Positions 14,501 to 26,500 of a stretch of DNA of 64,000 bases are shown here, piece by piece. The notes beneath the pieces were generated by a model. It was not told the origin of the DNA and did not search any database. It was given only the letters and a program-made list of their open reading frames with translations. Source of the DNA: Macrostomum lignano (lineage: Eukaryota). The translations under genes were made by a program, and so were the position numbers. The stretch lies in contig NIVC01000684.1 of NCBI GenBank assembly GCA_002269645.1, positions 1 to 64,000 on the forward strand, in the 5' to 3' direction. Each line of letters starts with the position of its first letter. Position 1 is the first letter of the stretch.

Positions 14501-17500
14501 AGCCTACTGAAACTCACCGAGTTATAAATTATCCAATCAGATGAGCCGTCAGCAGCCGCAGGCCGCCCAGACCAGCAGCAGCAGCAGCAGCCGCAGCCGC
14601 CATCATCAGCACTGATCCCTCCAATCATCACCCACACAGCAGCAACGCCTCAGCCCACACCGCCGCAGGGCAGTCCCGCTATTGAGGCCACTTTTGCTGC
14701 AGCGGAAACCGCTGTCGCCAAATACAGGGCAACAGAAACAGCGGAGCTGCTTCAGCAACAACAACAGCTGCAGCAGCAGCAGCAGCAAAAGCAACAGTTG
14801 GATCTTTCCAGTGCATTTCGATTCAGCTCAACTAGCATTGCTTCCATTGATCGGTCATTGTCTGTGAGTAGCTCGTGGATAATTATCTTCAACGAGTATC
14901 TGAGACACTTTGCAATGTACTTGTAGCTTCTGAAGACCGTAGCCCAGCGGCCCAGGCTCGATTCCAAGTGCAGTCGCATTAATTTGGGGCTAAATTGGAA
15001 TCTCGGCTTGGCTCTGCTTGTGCAATTAACGCCCAGCTTGAAGGCCAACCTCCAAGGCACAGTGAAGTGTACATGCCTAACGAAATTTCCTCAAATAAGG
15101 TGATTTGTAAAACTGAAGAAGGAGTTGTATTGGTTCTTAACGAAGTGTGCTTTTTAATGGACTTGCATAAATAATTTTTGCTCATTGCTTATTGGCCGCC
15201 CCGAAGGGGGGCACAAGATTGCTAGTCTAATAAACTAAAAATAAATACCAATCAACCCCCACAACAGCAGAACGACAAGTCCGTATCTGAGGGTTCCCCG
15301 GTACGTAAGGTGCGCTCAACTTCCCAGGGCGAAAGTTTTTACAGGTAAGAAGCTTCAAAATAAGAGAAAGTGTAGCAATTTTACAGATCCTAAACTGAGA
15401 TAAAAAAGTTTTTATGCCATTATGCATTCGCGAGAACTGATTAGCATCTCTAACCTTCGTAGCAGTAGATAAACGACATCTGCCTTACCCTACGCTAGGC
15501 TTTGCTCTGCTACAAACATATGTGCATTCCTTGTCAACTGTTTCGGTCGCCGCACTTTGAATATAATGCGTTCCGCATTGCCGCGCTGTGAATTAAATTA
15601 ATTTTTTATTCGCTACTTGAGAGGACAGAGTTTTCAATGTCAGAATCCATCTACCTCACTCCCTGCCCCCCCTCACTCCTCCACCCACCTTACTCCCTGC
15701 ACCCACCTTACTCCCAGCACCCATCCCACTCCCCGCACCCACCTCACTCCCTGCCCCCACCTCACTCCCCGCACCCACCTCACTCCCCGCACCCACCTCA
15801 CTCCCCGCACCCACCTCCCTCCCCGCACCCACCTCACTCCCCGCACCCACCTCACTCCTCGCACCCACCTCACTCCCCGCACCCACCTCACTCCCCGCAC
15901 CCACCTCACTCCCCGCACCCACCGCACTTCAATCCCTACAATCCCTGCAACTGCAATTCAATTATGGCATACTCTATAGCTGCATTATTAACTATATCAA
16001 GTAGTATATCGTGCGCATGCGCTGTTAAACTTCTAATCTATTTTCGGCCCCGGATAATGCGCTATTAGCTAAGCAAATAAAATAATACTTAAACACATAT
16101 ATAGCAGTAATTCTGGCAAAATAGCATGCTAAACTCTCAGTAAATGGTTTTAAAAACTTTTTTGTCCCAGCGAATCGGATGATGATTCAGCTGGTGAAAT
16201 TGTAGTTAAACTGGCTTCTGGTCGCTTGTCGGGCTCGCAAACTTTGACGTTTGTTTATCGCAGAAAGCAGTCTGCGCTCAGGTATTCGCAATTAACCTAT
16301 ACACCCTAAGCTATTGTCCCCTTTTATGATTATCTGCTTGAAAATAAGTATAGCTTATATATTCCTTTACATTATTGAGCCTATTGTTTCGCTCTTACTA
16401 ATTATTTTATTGCTGATTGATCCAACGCTACGAAATGTCTTGGTTTTTTGCTTTTGTAACAGCTAATTAAGTTAATATTTATTAACTAAATTCATATATT
16501 GCCAACCGTCAAGACACCCAGCTCACTCAATGTCAGTATCTCTACCCCTCGAGACACCCACCTCACTCCATTGCAGTATAACGTTATACCTCCTCGAGAC
16601 ACCCACCTCACTCCACGGCAGTATCTCTACCCCCTCAAGACATCCACCTCACTCTATGGCAGGTTCTCTACACCCTCAAGACATCCACCTCACTCCCTGG
16701 CCTCTGAAATCCCCAATACAAGATATCACACTTCCAGCCCTAAAAGTGTTTTTCTAAGGCTGGAAGTGTAAACCAAATCAGTTTAAATATAGTTTATATA
16801 AAATTACGATACATTTTACTAATGATTTAGAACTCGTAGTTTATCTAACTAAGCCTCCTAATTCGTCAACCCTCATAAAAGCGGCAGCTGCAACGGCAAC
16901 CCGGCATCGCCGCTCCCGCCAACCTGCGGTCCAAACGGCAGAATATTCCGTCCAGTGACGCCTCAATCGCTGAGCGGACGTCAGCCGCCTGGCCAATCTC
17001 AGCATCGACGAGGCAGTTTCAGCGGCAGCTATCGGACTGTGACGCCGCAGGATTCAATTAGCAGCTGTTGGAACAAAGCTGAGCAGGCGGACGCGCTGCC
17101 GACTGGATCTGTGCGGTGTCAGGACAAGCGCGACGACGCCTTCTGGGTGAGTAAGAGCCAGCAGTTAATTTTTATCCTCTAAGGGTACATCTGTTTGGCT
17201 GATTTTCCTACCCTCAAATGTACATCAATTTGGCAGATTTTCCTACCCTCAAATGTACATCCATTTGGCAGATTTTCCTACCCTCAAATGTACATCCATT
17301 TGGCTGGTTTTCCTACCCTCAAATGTACATCTACTTGGCAGATTTTCCTACCCTCAAATGTACATCCATTTGGCTGGTTTTCCTACCCTCAAATGTACAT
17401 CTACTTGGCTGATTTTCCTACCCTCAAATGTACATCCATTTGGCTGGTTTTCCTACCCTCGAATGTACACCTATTTGGCTGATTTTCCTACCCTCAAATG

Positions 17501-20500
17501 TACATCTGTTTGACTGATTTTCCTACCCTCGAATGTACATCTGTTTGACTGATTGCACTTTGCTGGGCACAGACCAGTTTTTCTGTACCTATACCGTACA
17601 GTCCAGCGTTTTCTTTGCTCAATTTGCATACCATAAATAAAAGGAAGTTTATTAATTTAATTTCAGCCACCATGGCTAGCCAGGTGGCTCCCTGCTCCGC
17701 ACGGTTGCTTTAAAGAACGCGAAAATTACGCGTTGTATCTGTTAGGACCTGATAACAGGTGAGAATCATTAAAAAAGCTGTCAATTAGAGCATTAATTTA
17801 TTTGACCCGATCTTCATTTATAATCACTTTATTTCAGGCTAAGAATCCTGTGCCAAAGGATTGTAACGCTGAAGTCATTTGATTACACAGTGCTATTCTT
17901 TATAGCGCTGAACTGCATCACACTGGCAATGGAGCGGCCGTCCATTCCTCCCGATAGCATTGTAAGCGAAATTTTACTGCAATTGTTATTTTAAATCCTG
18001 ATTCATTGCCTCTTATTAGCTGAATTATACTATCTCGTACAGCAAACCAGATAATTTTCCTTCCTGGGGCTTGGATCTTCCTTCGCCTAGTGTACATCTA
18101 GGCTATTTTTTTTCCTCTAGTGTGTACTTAAGGCTGCTTTCCTTCCGCTAATATACATCTAGGCTGTTTCCTTCCCCTAGTGTACATCTAGGCTGTTTTC
18201 CTTACCCTGGTGTTCATGTAGATTCTTTCCTTCCCACAGTGTACATTTAGGCTATTTATAGAGTACATTTAGACCATTTTATTATTTTAACATTTTGCTA
18301 TTGTTGACTGTTTGATTTCCTTTGTGAATGTGCAAAGGCTCGTATATGAAAAATTCTCTCCAAATCGTACATCAGATCAATCTTTTTATCAGTTTTTCCA
18401 TACTTAAACTGCTTTAATTACAATTCCGATTATTTAATTCCGAAACTGTTATTTAGGAGCGGCAATTTCTAAGAATTAGCAACAACATATTCACTTGGAT
18501 TTTCACGGTCGAAATGTCGCTAAAGGTGGCCGCCAAGGGCCTCGTGCTGGGCCAGCACGCCTATCTGAAGAGCGGCTGGAACATCATGGACGGCGCTCTG
18601 GTGGCCGTGTCCCTAATCGATGCCCTCATTACTCTAATTGCTGGGAGCAGCAATAGAATATTCGGTATTCTGAGGGTGTTTCGTTTGTTACGAACTTTGC
18701 GACCACTCAGGGTTATTAGTAGAGCGCCAGGACTCAAGCTGGTAGTGCAGACTCTGCTGTCTTCGCTGAGACCTATTGGCAATATTGTGCTCATCTGTTG
18801 CACATTCTTCATCATATTCGGCATTCTGGGTAAGTCTATATTTAGGTCTGATTGAAAAATGGGGAAAACGGTAATGGGCTGATTTGAAAAAAGAGTATTT
18901 AATCAAATACCCAATCAAATATGGAGTTGAAGACACGAGGTTAAAGCAAGAAACATTGAGCTGAAGATACGAAGTTAAACCAAGAACCATTGAGCTGAAG
19001 ACACGAGGTTAAAGCAAGAAACATTGAGCTGAAGATACGAAGTTAAACCAAGAACCATTGAACTGAATACACGAAGTTAAACCAAGGACCATTGAACTGA
19101 AGACACGAAGTTAAACCAAGGACCATTGAACTGAAGACACGAAGTTAAACCAAGGACCATTGAGCTGAAGACACGAAGTTAAACCAAGAACCATTGAACT
19201 GAAGACACGAAGTTAAACCAAGAACCATTGAACTGAAGACACAAGTTTCAAATCGAGAATACACGCAGTAATATTCTGTTAATGCGTGTCTAAAAATTTT
19301 ACCTTCCCTACATTCGCAGGCGTCCAACTATTCAAAGGCAAGTTCTACTACTGCGACGGACCAGACGTATCCAACGTGATGAACATCACCGACTGTTTAG
19401 CTGACAAGCGCAACAAATGGATAAAGCACAAGTACAATTTCGACAATCTAGGCCAAGCACTCATGGCTCTGTTTGTGCTGTCTAGCAAAGATGGCTGGGT
19501 GCAGATTATGTATACTGGCTTAGACGCTGTGGGCGAGAACATGCAACCGAAGGAGAACCACAACGAATGGTTGCTATTGTATTTTATCTCGTTCCTATTA
19601 CTTGTCGGCTTCTTTGTACTCAACATGTTCGTCGGCGTCGTGGTTGAAAATTTTCACAAGTGCCGCGCTAGCCAGGAGAAAGAGGAGAAGGCCAGACGGG
19701 CCGCTAAGAGGGCCAGAAGGATGGAGAAACGACGGAAAAGTGAGTAGCTTTTATTGCGTTTAAAGCTTGGGGTTTGATTTGATTTGTTTGAAATAATTGT
19801 CTAGGAGTGTCTTAGGAGTGGCTGTCTTAGGAGTGTCTCAGGAATGGCTGTCTTAGGAGTGTCTCAGGAATGGCTGTCTTAGGTGTGTCTCAGGAGTATC
19901 TCAGGAATGGCTGTCTTAGGTGTGTCTCAGGAATGGCTGTCTTAGGTGTGTCTCAGGAATGGCTGTCTTAGGTGTGTCTCAGGAATGGCTGTCTTAGGTG
20001 TGTCTTAGGAATGGCTGTCTTAGGAGTATCTCAGGAATGGCTGTCTTAGGAGTGTCTTAGGAATGGCTGTCTTAGGAGTATCTCAGGAATGGCTGTCTTA
20101 GGTGTGTCTCAGGAATGGCTGTCTTAGGTGTGTCTCAGGAATGGCTGTCTTAGGAGTGTCTTAGGAGTATCTCAGGAATGGTTGTCTTAGGTGTGTCTTA
20201 GGAATGGCTGTCTTAGAAGTGTCTTAGGTGTGTCTTAGGAATGTCTTAGGAGTGTCTTAGGTGTGTCTTAAGAATGGTTGTCTTAGAAGTGTCTTAGGTG
20301 TGTCTTAGGAATGGCTGTCTTAGAAGTGTCTTAGGTGTGTCTTAGGAATGTCTTAGGAGTGTCTTAGGTGTGTCTTAAGAATGGTTATCTTTGAAATGTC
20401 TTAGGTGTGTCTTAGAAATGTCTTAGGAGTGCCTTAGGTGTGTCTTAGGAAATATCTGTCTTAGGAGTGTCTTACGTCTCTCTTAGGAATGGCTGTCTTA

Positions 20501-23500
20501 GGTGTGTCTCAGGAATGGCTGTCTTAGGAGTGTCTCAGGAATGGCTGTCTTAGGAGTATCTCAGGAATGGCTGTCTTATGTGTGTCTCAGGAATGGCTGT
20601 CTTAGGTGTGTCTCAGGAATGGCTGTCTTAGGAGTGTCTTAGGAGTGTCTCAGGAATGGCTGTCTTAGGACGTTAGGAGTGTCTTAGAAGTGTCTCAGTA
20701 ATAGTTGTCTTAGGAATGTCTCAGGAATGTCTCTCTTAGGAGTGTCTTAGGAATGGCTGTCTTAGGTGTGTCTCAGGAATGGCTGTCTTAGGAGTGTCTC
20801 AGGAATGGCTGTCTTAGGAGTGTCTTAGGAGTGTCTCAGGAATGGCTGTCTTAGGACGTTAGGAGTGTCTTAGAAGTGTCTCAGTAATAGTTGTCTTAGG
20901 AATGTCTCAGGAATGTCTGTCTTAGGAGTGTCTTAGGAATGGCTGTCTTAGGTGTGTCTCAGGAATGGCTGTCTTAGGAGTGTCTCAGGAATGGCTGTCT
21001 TAGGAGTGTATTAGAAGTGTCTCAGGAATGGTTGTCTTAGGTGTGTCTTAGGAATGGCTGTCTTAGAAGTGTCTTAGGTGTGTCTTAGGAATGTCTTAGG
21101 AGTGTCTTAGGTGTGTCTTAAGAATGGTTATCTTAGAAATATCTTAGGTGTGTCTTAGAAATGTCTTAGGAGTGCCTTAGGTGTGTCTTAGGAATTATCT
21201 GTCTTAGGAGTGTCTTACGTCTCTCTTAGGAATGGCTGTCTTAGGTGTGTCTCAGGAATGGCTGTCTTAGGAGTGTCTCAGGAATGGCTGTCTTAGGTGT
21301 GTCTCAGGAATGGCTGTCTTAGGAGTGTCTTAGGAGTGTCTCAGGAATGGCTGTCTTAGGACGTTAGGAGTGTCTTAGAAGTGTCTCAGTAATAGTTGTC
21401 TTAGGAATGTCTCAGGAATGTCTGTCTTAGGAGTGTCTTAGGAATGGCTGTCTTAGGTGTGTCTCAGGAATGGCTGTCTTAGGTGTGTCTCAGGAATGGC
21501 TATCTTAGGAGTGTATTAGAAGTGTCTCAGGAATGGCTGTCTTAGGAGTGTCTCAGGAATGGCTGTCTTAGGAGTGTCTTAGAAGTGTCTCAGGAATGGC
21601 TGTCTTAGGTGTGTCTTAGGAATGTCTTAGAAGTGTTTTAGGTGTGTCTTAGAAATGTCTTAGGAGTGCCTTAGGTGTGTCTTAGGAATGGCTGTCTCAG
21701 GAATGGCCTGTCTTGAGGAGTGTGATAAATGATTGTTAAAAATGAGCAATTACTGAAAATTTATAGTTTGTACTGAGATTAGAAACTCTTCATTGTGATC
21801 TGACGGAGGTGTAATATATCGTTTCGAGTTGGAATATGATTGAAACGGAAGTTTTAACTTTGACTGCAACAGAAGTAGTCTACTAGTGTACGTTGATTTA
21901 GCTTCCGCGATGTCATGACCTCAGAAGAAGCGCCTGGTTTTTGTGTGATTGAAACAAAAATTTCCTTGCTTTCAACCGTTAGCTACTAAGTGTGTATTAG
22001 AATGATGCAAATGCAATTGCTTTTGCACGCGGGTTGCAAATAAAATCTACTCGCTTCACGCACCGCAGGAATTCGCGAACGACCCTACTGGAGTTCCTAC
22101 CCGCCATGGCGACTCAGAATACACAAACTGGTAGATAGCAAGTACTTCGATCTGGTAATTGCAACCATAATTGGTCTGAATGTTATCACAATGGCGATGG
22201 AGTTCTATCTAATGCCAAAGGTCGGTCTTGTTTTAGCAAGGAAATTTCAATTGTTTAAAAGACTTCCATCGACATGCTGTTTTTAAATTTTATAACTTTA
22301 GGAACTAGAACTCGGTTTGAAGGCTACTAACTACTTTTTCACAACCGTCTTCATCATTGAGGCGGCTTTTAAAATTATCGCACTCGGCTTCAAGCGGTAC
22401 TTCATGGACAGGTAAGGCTTATTAAGATAATAATAAATAAATAGCTAACTACAATAGTTTATATATTAATTAACAATTGCGACAAATAAAATCGTCACTA
22501 TTATTTAATAATAAATAATTAGAAACTGATTTGTTATATTTTTTGTTTAAATTGAAAACAATACGTTCCGGCTTTGTCTTTGTATTTGTCTTCGAGCTTT
22601 AATTTATTACTGTCACTGTATAAAGCATAGTTGTGTTTTTTTCTCTCCAAAAAGTTCCCTAATTTTTTTAGTCTAAACTTCGAGAATACACCGCGTACTT
22701 GAATCACCTATCTTCAATTAATGTTCCTCTCATACATTTGTTTATTGCTTTAACGTATACCACCCGTTCCCCGTTTCTGATGCGCTATCTCGTAAACTCC
22801 AATTGTTTGATTGCTGAATGTTCAGCAGGTAAGTTCAATATTTTTCTTTAACAATGCCAACAAAAAATTCTTATTGTTTCACCTCTGCCTGCTTGCTTCC
22901 TACGGTTAGATTTTTCTTTCACGTCTGCCGTTAAATAGCACTGAGTGTTGATAGACTCAACGTCAACGTTTCGATAATATTGACTTTTATTGCATTAAAT
23001 TTTGCGCAGCAAACAGAATTAAAGGTTTGAAAGTTTTTTTAGTAAAAAACTTGTTGATTTTGAGTGCAAATAATTCCACAACAGCCGCCTCTAAAAAAAT
23101 CTGTTCAGTCCCGAAGGTCGAAAAATGATAATTTGCTTTCTGCTCGGCTAATCTTCATATTTTCATAGTAACAACTGCTTCTAATTATAGAATTTCTGAA
23201 TTTGTTAAAACGTTTTATAATAGTCTATAACTACTGCACATTGAATTGAATGTGGTCCATCTAGAAAATGTTCGGTCACAAATTTGTGTTGTTAAATAGG
23301 TTTTCAAGACAACAAGGCTTGCCCAGAAATTGTGTACCAAGCTCCAAGATCCTTCTGGAAATGCGACGCAAAAACCTAGGTTAACGAATTCACCTACAAT
23401 TTTAGCTTTCGATATTTTCTTATACTGCAACCAGTGATTTCTTTGACGAGCAAACGCCCGATTATGCCGTTGCAAAACAACGCACTTGTAAGCCATCCGA

Positions 23501-26500
23501 AATATGCCCTGCAGGTGGAACCAGCTTGACGTCATCATAGTTATTCTATCCATCAGTGGAATTGTCCTGGAAGAGATGGAAGCGAAAATTATTCCAATTA
23601 ATCCGACAATTATTCGCGTTATGCGAGTGCTTCGAATTGCCAGAGGTAATTCGCTTGTTTTCGTTTAATTTTCTACGTGGAGTTTTGGGCAAATGAGTAG
23701 CACGGATAAGGAATTACTATCGCTTTGGCTTTGATAATTAGTTAGTCAAGGTTGAGGTTGAGGCGATCTGTGAGCAACCTAGTGACTAAAACCCACTACT
23801 CCGCTTTCAATCAATCCGCAGTCCTGAAGCTGCTGAAGATGGCCAAAGGCATCAGGGCTCTGCTGGACACGGTTATTCAGGCTCTGCCTCAGGTTGGCAA
23901 TCTCGGCCTGCTCTTCTTCCTGCTGTTCTTCATCTTTGCCGCTCTGGGCGTCGAGCTGTTCGGTCGATTGGGTGAGCTGCAGTTTTGGTGTGGGAAAATA
24001 TTTTTATGATTTTGATGAACTAACAAAGTCTGCAGTTGCATAAGCCAGTGCTTGGAGATACTTGAAGACGCTTCTTATTTAGACAATCCCCGAATGTTTG
24101 AAGCCTGGGGGGTTGTAGCCTAATGGTTAGAGCGTCGGACTCATGACTGAAAGGTCGGGAGTTCGATTCTCAAACCACTCGGAACAATTTGTGTCTAGGG
24201 ACTACTCAATACCTAGTAGGGGAAACGACAAAGGTTACTTAGAAGCGAATTTAGTTCCTGTGAGTTTTACTGTGATGAAACCTAGATATCACTGAAGCAT
24301 TGTTTCAATTCACCCAGCTGTAAAATGGGTGCCAGCATTAGCTGGGGTGATTGAGGGTGTGTGTGGCGACCCTGTCTTTGGACTGAACAGCCGTACGCAG
24401 CCTCCAGATGCGTCGCGCAATAGCTGCGGCTGAGTTATCGGGTGCAAATTTGCCCAATAGGGCATGTGTTATTCAATTATATTATTATTAATGTATACCG
24501 GCATATTTGAAACACGTTAGATACTTTAACTACATGTATTGAGCCTGGATCGTTAGCCTGGTAAAATAGACCAGTGCACAATTTGCCGCTCGACAATGCC
24601 AAAGTCAGGGCCGTTGTTAGGAGCAGCAGTACATTCGTTTAAAAGTCGAATTGCTTCAATCAATTCAGAATGCTCCTTGGACAACCCGTGCGTCGGACTG
24701 AGTCGACACGCTCACTTCGAGAACTTTGGCATGGCATTTTTGACTCTGTTTCGTATTGCTACAGGCGACAATTGGAACGGCATTATGAAGGATACCCTCC
24801 GAGAAAAATGCGATTGGAGCGATGATTGCATAAAAAATTGTTGCGTATCGCCAATTATTGCGCCAATTTACTTTGTGGTCTTTGTTCTCATGGCCCAGTT
24901 TGTTCTCGTTAACGTTGTGGTCGCTGTTTTAATGAAGCACCTTGAGGTTTGTCAGAAAATTGCTTCTTATTATTACATATGCCCATTGCTATGTTATGGC
25001 CACCAGCAACTTTCCCTGCTACATATTCTATGGCCCCCAGTAACGCCTCCCCGGACTGAATATTCTATGGCCCAACTCCTCAATGATTATTCTATGGCCC
25101 AACTCCTCACTGGTTATTCTATGGCCCAACTCCTCACTGGTTATTCTATGGCTCAACTCCTCAATCATTATTCTATGGCTCAACTTATCAATAATTATTC
25201 TATGGGCCCAACTTCTCACTGATTTCTGTGGCTTCAATTGATTATTTTGTGGCTTCGGACTATCCACTATGGTTATTTATGAGATGACCGTTTGCCGAAA
25301 TTCCAGGAATCGCACAAAATGATGTCCGACGATGAAGAACTAGAAAAGGAGATCCGACGCGAGCTACAGGAAGAGAATAGAGAAAAACAACGACAGATTG
25401 AGAGACAGGAACGCGAAGGAAAAGAGGTAACCAAATTACAATTAATTGAACAAAAAATAGACTTGTGAAACTGTAGTCTTTGGAGTCTAATTGTCTTAGT
25501 GTCTGTTTGTCTTGGAGCCTGTTTGTCTTGGTGTCTGTTCTTTCTGTTTGTTTTGGTGTCTGTTTGTCTTGGAGCCTGTTTGTCTTGATGTCTGTTGTGT
25601 CTCTTTGTTTTGGTGTCTATTTGTCTGGGTGTCTGTTTGTCTTTGCGTCTATCTGTCTTGGTGCCTGTCTGTCTTGGTGTCTGTTTGTCATGGTGCCTGT
25701 TTGTCTTGGTGCCTGTTTGTCTTGGTGCCTGTTTGTCATGGTGCCTGTTTGTCTTGGTGCCTGTTTGTCTTGGTGCCTGTTTGTCTTGGTGCCTGTTTGT
25801 CTTGGTGCCTGTTTGTCTTGGTGCCTGTTTGTCATGGTGCCTGTTTGTCTTGGTGCCTGTTTGTCTTGGTGCCTGTTTGTCTTGGTGCCTGTTTGTCATG
25901 GTGCCTGTTTGTCTTGGTGCCTGTTTGTCATGGTGCCTGTTTGTCATGGTGCCTGTTTGTCTTGGTGCCTGTTTGTCTTGGTGCCTGTTTGTCTTGGTGC
26001 CTGTCTGTCTTGGTGTCTGTTTGTCATGGTGCCTGTTTGTCATGGTGTCTGTTTGTCATGGTGCCTGTTTGTCATGGTGCCTGTTTGTCATGGTGCCTGT
26101 TTGTCATGGTGCCTGTTTGTCATGGTGCCTGTTTGTCTTGGTGCCTGTTTGTCATGGTGCCTGTTTGTCTTGGTGCCTGTTTGTCATGGTGCCTGTTTGT
26201 CTTGGTGCCTGTTTGTCATGGTGCCTGTTTGTCTTGGTGCCTGTTTGTCTTGGTGTCTGTTTGTCTTGGTGCCTGTTTGTCTTGGTGCCTGTTTGTCTTG
26301 GTGCCTGTTTGTCTTGGTGCCTGTTTGTCTTGGTGCCTGTTTGTCTTGGTGCCTGTTTGTCATGGTGCCTGTTTGTCATGGTGCCTGTTTGTCTTGGTGC
26401 CTGTTTGTCTTGGTGCCTGTTTGTCTTGGTGCCTGTTTGTCTTGGTGCCTGTTTGTCATGGTGCCTGTTTGTCATGGTGCCTGTTTGTCTTGGTGCCTGT

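Noticed and set aside
15617-16068. Pro/His/Ser-rich ORF as a Cav3 linker exon
   Set aside because: It is an 18-bp minisatellite related to other intronic arrays, has no good donor, and the exon chain closes without it.
19740-19760. Exon 25c-type donor extension in the III-IV linker
   Set aside because: An in-frame TAG occurs two codons after the donor (AGT GAG TAG).
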